40,601 bases of DNA from a virus, in the IMG/VR virus record IMGVR_UViG_3300045988_091682. One strand, written 5' to 3'. Made by a program: the position numbers and the translations under genes. Under the pieces are notes generated by a model. It made no database searches. It had not been told where the DNA came from and saw nothing but the letters and a program-made list of their open reading frames with translations. Position 1 is the first letter of the stretch; each line of letters opens with the position of its first letter. Positions 6,885-16,109 of the stretch are shown here, in pieces.

Positions 6885-7103
6885 ATGCAAGCACTCAAAT
6901 ACACATCAAGGGAGGTAAACCGGAATTTCCGCATCAAGGTTTCGGGCCTCGGCATCCATGAACTCAAAGGCTTTACGGGATTCGTCGGGTTGGTGGGGAG
7001 CGAACTCGCAAACAACCTGCTTGACCGGGCATTTCGAAGCAAGGCGGATAAAGTAGAATGCAAACTGCGGCGCGGCTTGAAAATAACCTTTTACTACAAG
7101 TAG
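6885..7103 (+). CDS. Hypothetical protein
   Basis: 72-aa ORF. Confidence 0.45.
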   Translation: MQALKYTSREVNRNFRIKVSGLGIHELKGFTGFVGLVGSELANNLLDRAFRSKADKVECKLRRGLKITFYYK

Positions 7104-7105
7104 AC

Positions 7106-7267
7106 ATGAAAACCAAAATTTTAGCTATCCCGTGGTGGCTGTCGCTGGTCGCGCTCGGCGGAGCAATGGATGCAGACCCGATTTCATGGGTCGCCGTTGC
7201 CGTAACATTCGCCGCGTTCGTAACACTTTCCGCAGCCATAATCAGAGAACAAAGGAAAACCGCATAA
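7106..7267 (+). CDS. Small membrane protein
   Basis: The internal ATG of ORF 7058..7267 gives MKTKILAIPWWLSLVALGG...VAVAVTFAAFVTLSAAII, with two hydrophobic segments. It starts right after the previous stop. Confidence 0.45.
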   Translation: MKTKILAIPWWLSLVALGGAMDADPISWVAVAVTFAAFVTLSAAIIREQRKTA

Positions 7268-7296
7268 TAACCAATCATCACAAAACGCACGATGCT

Positions 7297-9366
7297 ATGA
7301 ACATCAAGATCAAATCAATTACCCTGCGCAATTTCAAAGGACTGCGCGACGTATCGTTCGATTTCGACGGCCGTAACGCCACGATCATAGGCGACAACGG
7401 TACGGGAAAGACAACCATTTTCGACGCCCTGACATGGGTATTGTTCGGCAAGGATTCGCACAACAGCACCGACATCGACATCAAGACAATAGACGCCACG
7501 GGCGAACCTATGCACCGCGCCGAGCATTTCGTCGAGGTGGCATTGGACGTGGACGGCTCCGCACAGACGCTGCGCCGCACGTACCGCGAGATTTGGAGCA
7601 AGCCGCGCGGGTCGTCCGACCTGCGATTCGTCGGACACGAAAGTGCGTTTGCCGTCAATGGCGTGGAGGTCGGAACCAAGGCGGCATACGACAAAATCAT
7701 TTCGGAATGGATCAACGACAATGTATTCCGGATGCTGACCGACCCGATGTATTTCAATACTCGCGTCGATTGGAAAGGCCGTCGCGCTGCCCTTTTAGCC
7801 CTCGTCGGGGATAACATCGACCGCACGGCGATACAGGCGCAGTTTGCCGACCTGCTCGCCGAAATGAACGGCGAACCCCTCGCAGATTTCAAAGCGCGGC
7901 TTGCGACCGAGAAGCGCAAGAACAAAAAGGAACTCGAAACATTCGGCCCAAAGATCGAAGCATATCAAAACACGATGCCCCCGGCGGAAGACTACGCCGC
8001 GCTGGAACAGGAGATCACGCAGCGCGAATCCGTGGCCGCAAACGAGATCGCAGCGTACCAGCGGCAAATCGACGCACTCGACACGCAGATCGCCGACGCA
8101 TCGAAAATAGACGAGGAAACGCAGGCCGCCCACGACCGAAGACTGAAAAAGGTGCTCGACATCAAAAAGTCGTTGTCCGATCATATCGACGCTCGACTGA
8201 CCGCGGCCCGTCGGTATAACTCCGACCGCGACGCGGCCATCATGGACGCACAGGCGAAAGCGGATTCAATTCTGCGCGAAATCGAGAAAACCGAAACGAC
8301 GGCAAACTCGAAACGGGACACCCTCGAAGCCTGCGTAAAGAAGCAGGCGAATATCAAATCGGCACTCGATAGCATGCGTGCGAAATACGAGGCTGAGAAA
8401 AAGGCGGCATTTGAATACGTCGACGCGACCACCTGCTACGCTTGCGGCCAGCCGTTACCCGCCGCAACCATCGAAGAAGCCCGCCGCGCGGCCCGCGAGA
8501 GCTTCGAGAAGCACCAGCGCGAAATACTCGACAAGTTGATCGCCGACGCCAATCTCGAAAAGGATACTTACAGCAAGTTAACAAAGCCGGTTTCGACCAC
8601 CGAACAGGAAATCGCAATGCTCGATCAACGCCTATCGCAACTGCGCGCGGAACATCACGCTGTGACGCTGGCTATCACAACCGCGAAAGACGTTCCCGCA
8701 ATCGACCTCGAAACGGAGGAAGAACAGGCGAAATTATCTTCCGAATACCGGAAGCTCTCCGACGAGCTTACCCGCGCGCAAACCGCCCTCGAAGCCTCGG
8801 CAACCACGAAAATCACGGCCGCTACGCTCACGGCACGCCGCCGGGATATATCCGCACAGATCGACACTGTGCGTCAGAACCTCGCAACCGCAACCACCGA
8901 CCTGCGCCGTCGCCTTGCCAATAAGGAGCGCGCCGCAGAGGTACAACGCCTTATAGACGAGGCCAAAGAATCGGAAAAGAAGATCGCCGAACGTATCGCC
9001 GAACTCGAACGCCTCGAATTCGCAGCGGCGGCCTACACGAAAGCGAACATCGAAGCCGTCGAAGCAGCGATAAATTCGCGGTTCAACCTCGTGCGCTGGC
9101 GAATGTACGAACAGACCATCGAGGGCGCGGACGTCGAAACATGCGTCGCCACCATCGACGGCGTGCCGTTCAACTCGCTGAACAGCGCCGGGCAGGTACT
9201 CGCCGGACTTGACATCATCCGCACGTTCTGCCGCTACTACGGCGCAACCGCGCCCGTCTTCATCGACAACGCCGAAAGTATTTCGCAGACCGATTTTGCG
9301 CTCGATTCGCAGGTCATTCGTCTGCAAGTGGTCGAGGGTGCTGCACTCGAACTTAAAACAGCGTAA
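7297..9366 (+). CDS. Rad50/SbcC-like SMC-family ATPase
   Basis: The start is set at MNIKIKSITLRNFKGL. Features are Walker A GDNGTGKTT, a long central coiled coil interrupted by CYAC (a CxxC hook-like motif), and C-terminal VFIDNAES (Walker B / D-loop). Confidence 0.75.
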   Translation: MNIKIKSITLRNFKGLRDVSFDFDGRNATIIGDNGTGKTTIFDALTWVLFGKDSHNSTDIDIKTIDATGEPMHRAEHFVEVALDVDGSAQTLRRTYREIWSKPRGSSDLRFVGHESAFAVNGVEVGTKAAYDKIISEWINDNVFRMLTDPMYFNTRVDWKGRRAALLALVGDNIDRTAIQAQFADLLAEMNGEPLADFKARLATEKRKNKKELETFGPKIEAYQNTMPPAEDYAALEQEITQRESVAANEIAAYQRQIDALDTQIADASKIDEETQAAHDRRLKKVLDIKKSLSDHIDARLTAARRYNSDRDAAIMDAQAKADSILREIEKTETTANSKRDTLEACVKKQANIKSALDSMRAKYEAEKKAAFEYVDATTCYACGQPLPAATIEEARRAARESFEKHQREILDKLIADANLEKDTYSKLTKPVSTTEQEIAMLDQRLSQLRAEHHAVTLAITTAKDVPAIDLETEEEQAKLSSEYRKLSDELTRAQTALEASATTKITAATLTARRRDISAQIDTVRQNLATATTDLRRRLANKERAAEVQRLIDEAKESEKKIAERIAELERLEFAAAAYTKANIEAVEAAINSRFNLVRWRMYEQTIEGADVETCVATIDGVPFNSLNSAGQVLAGLDIIRTFCRYYGATAPVFIDNAESISQTDFALDSQVIRLQVVEGAALELKTA

Positions 9367-9370
9367 CGAC

Positions 9371-9640
9371 ATGGCACAGATCGTCAGCAACGAAAAAGGA
9401 TTCAAGGTTATCCACGTCGAAACGCTCGACATGCGGGTCATCGGAAGCCCCGCGAAATGCGACTACTGCACGGCGGATATGGCGACCCCCGACGGCGGCT
9501 ATTACATCGCCGTGCTGAATAAGATATACTGTCCGCAATGCTATAAACGCTGGCTTTCCGAGGCACGCCGCCACCCGCAGGACGCCCCTATCGAAGCCCG
9601 AAACTACAACACGTATCGTCAAATCTTTTATTTCAAATAA
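9371..9640 (+). CDS. Hypothetical Cys-rich protein
   Basis: The internal ATG gives MAQIVSNEKG..., with CDYC...CPQC, two CxxC pairs. Confidence 0.5.
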   Translation: MAQIVSNEKGFKVIHVETLDMRVIGSPAKCDYCTADMATPDGGYYIAVLNKIYCPQCYKRWLSEARRHPQDAPIEARNYNTYRQIFYFK

Positions 9641-9642
9641 CT

Positions 9643-10626
9643 ATGGCACAGAATAGCAATCAGAACGGAGCGCAGACCGCCCCGGCGACGCAATCGAAAG
9701 CGATTGCCGCAATGAAAGATGAACTTGCGAACAGCGTCCTGCGACGCATCGAGGAGCTGCAAGCGAACGGCGGGCTGGTCGTCCCGAAAGACTACGCCGT
9801 AACTAACCAAATGAACCTTGCATGGCTTCGTATCTCCGAAATGCTTTGGGAGGATTCCAACAAAGTACAACACCCGGTTTTGGAGGTCGTAACCAAAGCA
9901 TCGGTGGCAAATTCGCTGCTCGATATGGTGCTGCAAGGCATGGACATCCAAAAGAAGCAAGGATACTTTATCCCGGTCAAAAACAAGGCGTCGGGGCAGC
10001 TCGAACTGACGTTCTGGCGATCGTATTTCGGCGACGAGAAACTGGCCCGCGCACAGGGTATGAAGAAAGTCCGTTCGGTCGTCGTTTACGAGGGTGACGA
10101 TTTCGAATACATGTACACGGAAGACGGCGAAACCAAAGTAACGAAACACGTTCCGAGCCTGTCGAGAATCGACAAAGACAAGATCGTCGCCGTCTACGCC
10201 GTAACGACTATGTCCGACGGCTCGCACTCGACGACAATCAAGACGATGACCGAAATCCGGCAAGCATGGATGCAGGGCGCAATGCGGGGCAACTCGCCTG
10301 CGCACCGAAATTTCACCAGCGAAATGGCAGGGCGAACGGTCGAGCGTTCCGCCATGAAGCACATTATCAACTCGTCATCCGACGCATGGCTGTTGAGCGA
10401 AGACGAGAAAGAACGCCGCGTAACGAACGAAACGGCGGCCGCGCCCGCCGGGGCAAATATCGAAGATGCGAAATTCGAGGAGGTCGCCCCAGCCGCAATC
10501 GCAGCACAATCGGCCACACCCGCCGAAACGATGCCGCCGATCCCTACGCCGACGCCCGTTCCGCGCGAGGAGGTAACCGAAGAGGCAGCCCCCGCGGCCA
10601 TTGAAGACGACCCGTTCAACGTGTAA
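9643..10626 (+). CDS. recT: RecT-family single-strand annealing protein
   Basis: 327 aa. The core region (GYFIPVKNK...LTFWRSYFG...VVVYEGDDFEY) resembles RecT, followed by an acidic, Pro/Ala-rich tail. Genomic context is an ATPase and a nuclease-like hydrolase. Confidence 0.65.
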   Translation: MAQNSNQNGAQTAPATQSKAIAAMKDELANSVLRRIEELQANGGLVVPKDYAVTNQMNLAWLRISEMLWEDSNKVQHPVLEVVTKASVANSLLDMVLQGMDIQKKQGYFIPVKNKASGQLELTFWRSYFGDEKLARAQGMKKVRSVVVYEGDDFEYMYTEDGETKVTKHVPSLSRIDKDKIVAVYAVTTMSDGSHSTTIKTMTEIRQAWMQGAMRGNSPAHRNFTSEMAGRTVERSAMKHIINSSSDAWLLSEDEKERRVTNETAAAPAGANIEDAKFEEVAPAAIAAQSATPAETMPPIPTPTPVPREEVTEEAAPAAIEDDPFNV

Positions 10627-10630
10627 CCCG

Positions 10631-11380
10631 ATGAAGCTGCACGTCATATCATCATCGTCGGCTGGTAACTGCTACGTTTTGGAGAGCGAAGCGTCTGCGC
10701 TCGTTATCGAGTGCGGCGCATCGCCCGAAACGATGTTTGCCAGGACTGGGATCGACGCCCGAAAGTTCGTCGGTGCAGTAGTAACGCACGAGCACGGCGA
10801 CCACGCGGCCCACATCGGCAAATACGCCGACCGGGCAATCGACGTCTATGCCTCGCAGGGAACGCTCGCGGCGTGTCGCATCGACAAAGCGCACCGCGCG
10901 CACACATTACGACCGATGCAGTCCGTCATGGTCGGCGATTTCGTCGTCCGGGCGTTCGACGTGAAGCACGACGCAGCGGAACCGTTCGGGTATATTATCG
11001 AACACGAGGAATGCGGAAAAGTGCTATTTGCTACCGACACGCATTTTATCCGGTACAACTTCAAATCCCTGCGACTGAATCATATTCTGATCGAGGCGAA
11101 CTATTCACAAGAGGAGCTGGACGATAATATCGCCCGCGGGACGATGAACCCGGCACAGGCAGCGCGCGTACGAACGTCGCATCTATCAATCGACGCGGCG
11201 TGTGATATGGTAAAGGCGAACGAAACGGCGGAACTTTCGACGGTCGTTCTACTGCACCTTTCGAACGCAAACAGTCTTGCCGATGCTTTTGCCGCGCAAA
11301 TGCGCAAAACAGCCCATTTCGCGCGTGTTTTCGTCGCAGACAAGGGTTTAATCGTCAAACTGAACAAAAGCGAAATTTAA
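10631..11380 (+). CDS. MBL-fold metallo-hydrolase
   Basis: The start is set at MKLHVISSSSAGNCYV. The THEHGDH motif (HxHxDH) is present. Confidence 0.75.
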   Translation: MKLHVISSSSAGNCYVLESEASALVIECGASPETMFARTGIDARKFVGAVVTHEHGDHAAHIGKYADRAIDVYASQGTLAACRIDKAHRAHTLRPMQSVMVGDFVVRAFDVKHDAAEPFGYIIEHEECGKVLFATDTHFIRYNFKSLRLNHILIEANYSQEELDDNIARGTMNPAQAARVRTSHLSIDAACDMVKANETAELSTVVLLHLSNANSLADAFAAQMRKTAHFARVFVADKGLIVKLNKSEI

Positions 11381-11398
11381 CGGGTCAAATCAGCGTCA

Positions 11399-12457
11399 AT
11401 GGCAAACGAAACAAATACTGGTTGGGTGCGGTTGTATCGCAGCACGCTCGGATGGGAGTGGTTCGACGACCCGCTCACGCTGCAACTGTGGGTCGTTTGT
11501 CTGCTCAAGGCGAATTACCTGCCTACGAGATGGCGAGGAGTGGAGATTGAGCGCGGGGCTTTCGTTACCTCCGTCGATGGTTTGTGCGCAGAAACAGGAC
11601 AGACGACACGACAGATTAGAACCCGTTTAGCTCGTTTGCAGGCGTCCGGCGAAATATCCGTCCGTGCGACAAACTACAAAAGCATTATAACAGTTTGTAA
11701 ATTCGACACTTACCAGCCATTAGAAAATGAAAACGACAAACGACCGACAAACAGTTACGAGGGTTTGCGGAGGGTACCGGGAAAGAAAGCCGCCAAAATC
11801 GACAAACCAAACGACAAACCGGAAACACCTATAATTAACATTAATACAGACGATTATAGTGATAACACCGAACAAAACGACAAACAGAACGACAATCAAT
11901 CGACAAACGACCGACAAACGCAACTGTTTTCAAGCGACAACAGTATAAGAATATATAAAGAGGAATATAAAGAATTAAAAGAATCTCTCTCTTCTCGCGC
12001 ACGCGCGAAGGAGGCAGAGAGAGAGAGAGAGACATTTTTTGAAATTTTCTTTTTCAAGAATTTTATAAATCCCGATTACGAAGTCGAACGATTCTGCGCT
12101 AATTACGAGGCATCGGGCTGGATTCGTAAAAACGGACAAGCCGCTATCGACCGCCCGGCGCTTGCGCGGACATGGACGCAGGAAGATAAAAACGCCACGC
12201 CACGCTTCAACGCCGATTTTCTTGCGAAATACCGACGTTTCTACGACCTCGTAAAGCAAACGAATCCGGTGCTTGCGCCGATATTCATTCACGATCTGGA
12301 ATTGGTATTTATCGACGCCGAGCGCAAACGGCTAACATTCCGCTGCACGCGGCAGATGGCCGAAGCCGTCGAGGCCAATGTCCGGTTCTTTCGGGATAAC
12401 TTTTTCGACAAACATTTCGCGGGCTGGACGCTACACTACCAAACCCCGCGAATCTAA
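11399..12457 (+). CDS. Putative replication initiator / replisome organiser (N-terminal wHTH)
   Basis: 352 aa. The N-terminus (GWVRLYRSTLGWEWFDDP...GAFVTSVDGLCAETGQTTRQIRTRLARLQASGEI) is typical of phage replication-initiation wHTH domains. A central low-complexity region is encoded by the iterons. Confidence 0.55.
   Translation: MANETNTGWVRLYRSTLGWEWFDDPLTLQLWVVCLLKANYLPTRWRGVEIERGAFVTSVDGLCAETGQTTRQIRTRLARLQASGEISVRATNYKSIITVCKFDTYQPLENENDKRPTNSYEGLRRVPGKKAAKIDKPNDKPETPIININTDDYSDNTEQNDKQNDNQSTNDRQTQLFSSDNSIRIYKEEYKELKESLSSRARAKEAERERETFFEIFFFKNFINPDYEVERFCANYEASGWIRKNGQAAIDRPALARTWTQEDKNATPRFNADFLAKYRRFYDLVKQTNPVLAPIFIHDLELVFIDAERKRLTFRCTRQMAEAVEANVRFFRDNFFDKHFAGWTLHYQTPRI
11734..12033. 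repeat. Iteron array plus AT-rich tract plus (TC)n/(AG)n inverted element: candidate origin of replication
   Basis: CGACAAAC occurs 7 times (11734, 11745, 11800, 11812, 11878, 11901, 11912), plus variants. The 19-mer cgacaaacgaccgacaaac occurs twice (11734, 11901). An AT-rich stretch spans 11941..11983. An imperfect palindrome runs from tctctctct through cgcgcacgcgcg to (ag)8 and ends at 12032. Confidence 0.55.
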
Positions 12458-12472
12458 AAACAACAACGCACG

Positions 12473-12823
12473 ATGAAAAACAAAAACGACAAGCGGGGCA
12501 AGTCCCCGGCAAATTTCTACGACAGAATCGCCGAAATGCTCAACAAGGCGGCTATTCCGCAGACGATCACAGTCGAGGCCGAGGGAGTTTCGCCCGAAAC
12601 ATTCTTGGCGACAGGGATCACGAAACGCGAACTGTATGCCACCGTCGCAATGGCAAGCCTTGCGCACGCCGTCGTAACCACCCCACCCACCGGAGGCGGC
12701 AGGCTTCGTTCAGACTGGGCGCGGCGCGTGGCTACACAAGCCGCAGAGCTGGCCTACTACCTCGACGAAGCACTCGGCGAGATCGAACGAAACGGCGAAC
12801 CCGCAAAAGATTCAAGACGATGA
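12473..12823 (+). CDS. Hypothetical protein
   Basis: 116-aa ORF. Confidence 0.55.
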   Translation: MKNKNDKRGKSPANFYDRIAEMLNKAAIPQTITVEAEGVSPETFLATGITKRELYATVAMASLAHAVVTTPPTGGGRLRSDWARRVATQAAELAYYLDEALGEIERNGEPAKDSRR

Positions 12824-13158
12824 AAATTCTGTATTTGCCACTCAAAAAGGAGTGGTACGAAATGATCGAGCGGGGCGATAAGCGCGAAGAGTACCGCGAA
12901 AATACCCGTTACTGGAAAACGCGGCTTATCGACACGGTAATATACGACGAGGGGGACGAGGAGACCGAAAGCCCGGTATTTATATTCTTCAAAGACTACG
13001 ACGCAGTTTGTTTTTCCTACGGCTACACCCGCCGCCGGATGCTATGGGAGAGCAAAGGCGTTGATTTTGGCCGAGGTCGCCCGGAATGGGGTGCGCCCGA
13101 TCACGAAACATTTATCATCAAACTTGGAAACCGACTGAACGATGAGAGATTACAGTAA
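12820..13158 (+). CDS. ASCH/PUA-like domain protein
   Basis: 112 aa. MKILYLPLKKEWYEMIERGDKREEYRE is the usual N-terminal pattern of phage ASCH-like proteins (from memory). Confidence 0.5.
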   Translation: MKILYLPLKKEWYEMIERGDKREEYRENTRYWKTRLIDTVIYDEGDEETESPVFIFFKDYDAVCFSYGYTRRRMLWESKGVDFGRGRPEWGAPDHETFIIKLGNRLNDERLQ

Positions 13159-13417
13159 AGATTTCGCCGAATGGCGAAAATGGCGCGACGAAAAAGGGTT
13201 GCCGCCTATCTACGACAACCCGGCCGACGCGGGTATCGAAACGGATTTCCGGGTCGGGCAGCAAGTGTCGTTCACGAACGAATACGGCGTGCGGTTCGAA
13301 CCGCACGTGATAATGGGATTCTGCAAACCGGAGCTTTCGGGCCGGTGCGTCTACCTCGACTACGACTGCTACTGGTTCCCGACGGAACTCAAATCGTTAA
13401 AACCCTATCGGAAATGA
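13142..13417 (+). CDS. Hypothetical protein
   Basis: 91-aa ORF that overlaps both neighbours by a few nt. Confidence 0.5.
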   Translation: MRDYSKDFAEWRKWRDEKGLPPIYDNPADAGIETDFRVGQQVSFTNEYGVRFEPHVIMGFCKPELSGRCVYLDYDCYWFPTELKSLKPYRK

Positions 13418-14183
13418 TGTCCCAGCCGACTTACATAGCCTCGTGTTCGTTTGGCAAGGATAGTATCGCAACAATTCTCCTTGCCCTCGAACATGACGAA
13501 CCACTCGACCGGGTGGTATTCTCGGAAGTGATGTTTGATCACGCACGCAACATCAGCGGCGAGATTCCGGAGCACATCGGGTGGATATACGACACAGCTA
13601 TCCCGAAGCTGCACGACATGGGCATCCACGTCGACGTGGTACGCGCCGAACGGGACTACTGCTATTTTTTCGCAAATGCCGTCGGGGGGGGGAGAATGCA
13701 GGAAAGATTTACGGGTTCCCGCTCGGCGGCAAATGCTTCATCAATCGGGATTGCAAAGTCGCGCCCATACGAAAATACCTCGCCGAAATTGCTGGCGGTC
13801 CCCTGCGTGCCAAAACGAATATCGTGCAGTACATCGGTATCGCCGCAGACGAACCGCGACGACTTGCCAAACTCACGGAGAACCGAATGTCGCTCTTGGC
13901 GAAATACGGCTACACCGAGCAGATGGCGAAACAGCTTTGCGCCACTCACGGGTTACTGTCGCCGATCTACACGACCGGGACACGCGGCGGATGCTGGTTC
14001 TGCCCGAACTGCAAAATACAACATTTCGTCAACCTGCGACGCAATCATCCCGAACTATGGGCAGAATTGGTCGAGTTGAGCCATACGCCGAACTTGTGCA
14101 GCTACGGATTCAAATACGGCCTTACCGTGCAGGAGGTCGAAAAACGGATGAATGCAGAAGAACAACAGCTAAAACTTTTTTAA
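13414..14183 (+). pseudogene. PAPS-reductase-family (PP-loop ATPase-like) gene interrupted by a frameshift in a G9 tract
   Basis: The N-terminal half is in one frame (MMSQPTYIASCSFGKDSIA...). The C-terminal half is in another (GKIYGFPLGG...IVQYIGIAADEPRRL...GGCWFCPN...). The frames switch at G9 (13684..13692). Total length is 770 nt, one nt short of a multiple of 3. Confidence 0.75.
13684..13692 (+). repeat. G9 homopolymer at the frameshift site
   Basis: gtcGGGGGGGGGagaatg, counted directly from the sequence. Confidence 0.9.
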
Positions 14184-14195
14184 TCACAACTTTCC

Positions 14196-14744
14196 ATGAA
14201 AGACATTCATCATACCTGCCGATGCACCGGGCAACAGTTTACGTTCAAAGAGTGGTGCGCGTGGCTTGATAACCACAAAAAAGCCGGACAGGATAGCGGT
14301 AAATTCGTGGCGTTATCGTACAACGGTTTCGATTTCAACATTCACGACGTATGCCTAACGCCTAACAGACCTGTCCGATTATTCAACCACCATTGTATCG
14401 TGGAGGTTAAAACGGCGCAGTCGCCGACAGGACGCTGGGATTACGGGCTGGATGTCAACTTGCACAATTCGGGCCATTACGTCGGGGCCGGATTCGTCGA
14501 CGATGTGCAAAAGGGATACCCAACGGAAGCCGCCGCGATTCTTGCCGCCCTGCTCGATGCCCGCAAATCAGCCGAACGTGAACTGGCGAACTGTTCCGGT
14601 CGCTCCCGGTCGAATCTCGACAACGAGGACGACGAAGACGGATTCATCAAAGACAGCACGCTGGCCCCGTATATTCGGAATATCATCAAGCAAATCGACG
14701 ATCAGCGCCGTGCAACGGCGTTCAAACAACTAACCCTATTTTGA
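14196..14744 (+). CDS. Hypothetical protein
   Basis: 182-aa ORF. Confidence 0.6.
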   Translation: MKDIHHTCRCTGQQFTFKEWCAWLDNHKKAGQDSGKFVALSYNGFDFNIHDVCLTPNRPVRLFNHHCIVEVKTAQSPTGRWDYGLDVNLHNSGHYVGAGFVDDVQKGYPTEAAAILAALLDARKSAERELANCSGRSRSNLDNEDDEDGFIKDSTLAPYIRNIIKQIDDQRRATAFKQLTLF

Positions 14745-14746
14745 TT

Positions 14747-15244
14747 ATGACGCGACACGTTGAATCGCACATGCAACGAATGTGCGTCGGTTGGTTCCGG
14801 CTCCAATACCCCGCCGTCGGCAAACTCCTGTTCGCCGTTCCGAACGGTGGCGCACGGAGCCGCACGGAAGCCGCGATAATGAAAGCAGAGGGCGTAACCG
14901 CAGGCGTTACCGACCTTATCCTGCTGCTCGGACGCGGAGGCTTCAACGCCCTATGTATCGAAATGAAGACTACCGACCGACGTTCCGCCCTATCGGACGC
15001 ACAAATCGAATGGCGCTCGCTCACAATCGCGAACGGAAACAGACACGTCGTCTGCCGGACGTTAGAGGAATTCCAGTCGGAAATACGCTGGTACATGGCG
15101 CGCCCGGCAAATAACGAACCACGGGACGAAATCACCTGTGTCCGCCCGATAGTTCCGCCGTCCGTCGAAGAGATCGAGCGAGCATTTGGGAAAATCAGGC
15201 GACGCAAAATCAATCATCAACCAACAAAAACCGAGAAACAATGA
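14747..15244 (+). CDS. VRR-NUC domain nuclease
   Basis: The ATG at 14747 lies 3 nt after the previous stop. The PD-(D/E)xK pattern is GVTDLILL...ALCIEMK. Confidence 0.65.
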   Translation: MTRHVESHMQRMCVGWFRLQYPAVGKLLFAVPNGGARSRTEAAIMKAEGVTAGVTDLILLLGRGGFNALCIEMKTTDRRSALSDAQIEWRSLTIANGNRHVVCRTLEEFQSEIRWYMARPANNEPRDEITCVRPIVPPSVEEIERAFGKIRRRKINHQPTKTEKQ

Positions 15245-15726
15245 CAACACACAACCCGAAATTCAGAGGGACGCCCGGCCCGTGGCGGGTCGACGGACAC
15301 GAACACAAAAACGGCGTCGTAGAATATACCATCGTTTCGATTTCCGGCGACGCTGTCGGCTGCGCTCCCGTCGCAGAAGTACTGCGCAATAACCCGCGCC
15401 CGATGCCGGAGCAACGCATCGAGGCCAACGCCCGACTATTGGCCGCCGCGCCCGACTTGCTCGCCGTGCTCGAAATCATCGTCGGGATATTTGAACCGAA
15501 CAAACTGACCCCATATCGGTCTGCGCGCGAAACGGTAGATCTGGCGAAACAGATCATCGGATACGTCTACGGAGCGGACGAGCGAAACCGCCCAACCAAC
15601 GAATCGCCCTCAAACGACGCCGAATTCCTCGAATGGCTGTACGTCCGACTGGTCGGCACCCACGGCGAAAATCCGAATACGGACTTTATGCAGAACCTCA
15701 ACTCTATAATCGAAAAATTACGGTAA
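15241..15726 (+). CDS. Hypothetical protein
   Basis: 161-aa ORF. It carries the GPW...ANARLLAAAPDLL motif common in phage proteins of unknown function. Confidence 0.6.
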   Translation: MTTHNPKFRGTPGPWRVDGHEHKNGVVEYTIVSISGDAVGCAPVAEVLRNNPRPMPEQRIEANARLLAAAPDLLAVLEIIVGIFEPNKLTPYRSARETVDLAKQIIGYVYGADERNRPTNESPSNDAEFLEWLYVRLVGTHGENPNTDFMQNLNSIIEKLR

Positions 15727-15728
15727 TT

Positions 15729-16109
15729 ATGAAAACAGTCGAAGACCTTAACAGACTTATCCGCGACGAAATCACAGCTATCGAAGCGCTCCGAAGCGAA
15801 GACGAAAAAATATGGTCGGTTCGGGGGGGGGTAACGGAAGCCAATGCCAAACGCAGCAAGAAGATCCGCCGCATGATCGGCGACCACAACAACGAGATCG
15901 CCCACTTGCGCCGCCTTATCCGCCTTGTCGAGGCAACCCCGGAAGAGGGTATACGAATGATGCTCGACCAGCTGCGCGGACAGGTAGATCGAATCACCGC
16001 ATCTGCCGACCGCTACAAATTGAAAGAGCAGAAAAAAGAGTATCTGACACGTGCAGGCGCGCAGCTCAAACACACGCAAATCGCCGAACTTGAATTCTTA
16101 TTACAATGA
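15729..16109 (+). CDS. Hypothetical coiled-coil protein
   Basis: An internal ATG gives [10 protein letters not shown].... The G9 tract at 15823..15831 is read through in frame (RGGV). Confidence 0.55.
   Translation: MKTVEDLNRLIRDEITAIEALRSEDEKIWSVRGGVTEANAKRSKKIRRMIGDHNNEIAHLRRLIRLVEATPEEGIRMMLDQLRGQVDRITASADRYKLKEQKKEYLTRAGAQLKHTQIAELEFLLQ

Noticed and set aside
6217-6894. Other long antisense ORFs on the - strand: 6217..6894, 8734..9441, 9628..10362, 16134..16829, 18643..19236 and 29273..29923
   Set aside because: All overlap better-supported + strand genes, including RecT, the ATPase, terS and the protease. They have Arg/Cys/Gly-rich compositions and no start-context or operon logic.
7132-7296. 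N-terminal extensions produced by the ORF caller: 7132 for the ATPase, 243 for the integrase, 9209, 10601, 15633, 21255, 23198, 28601, 29749 and 39841
   Set aside because: In each case the extension overlaps the upstream gene and is Arg-rich. An internal ATG placed right after the upstream stop gives a typical protein N-terminus.
11734-11942. Short spaced repeats considered as a possible CRISPR array (also 34620..34870)
   Set aside because: The repeats are 8-19 nt, irregularly spaced and lie inside coding sequence, where they encode low-complexity peptide. No 25-40-nt repeat/spacer periodicity and no cas genes are present.
13171-13413. N-terminal extension of the PAPS-reductase-like ORF (13171 start)
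   Set aside because: It overlaps the better ORF 13142..13417 in another frame and is Arg-rich. The family-typical N-terminus (MMSQPTYIASCSFGKDS) begins at 13414.
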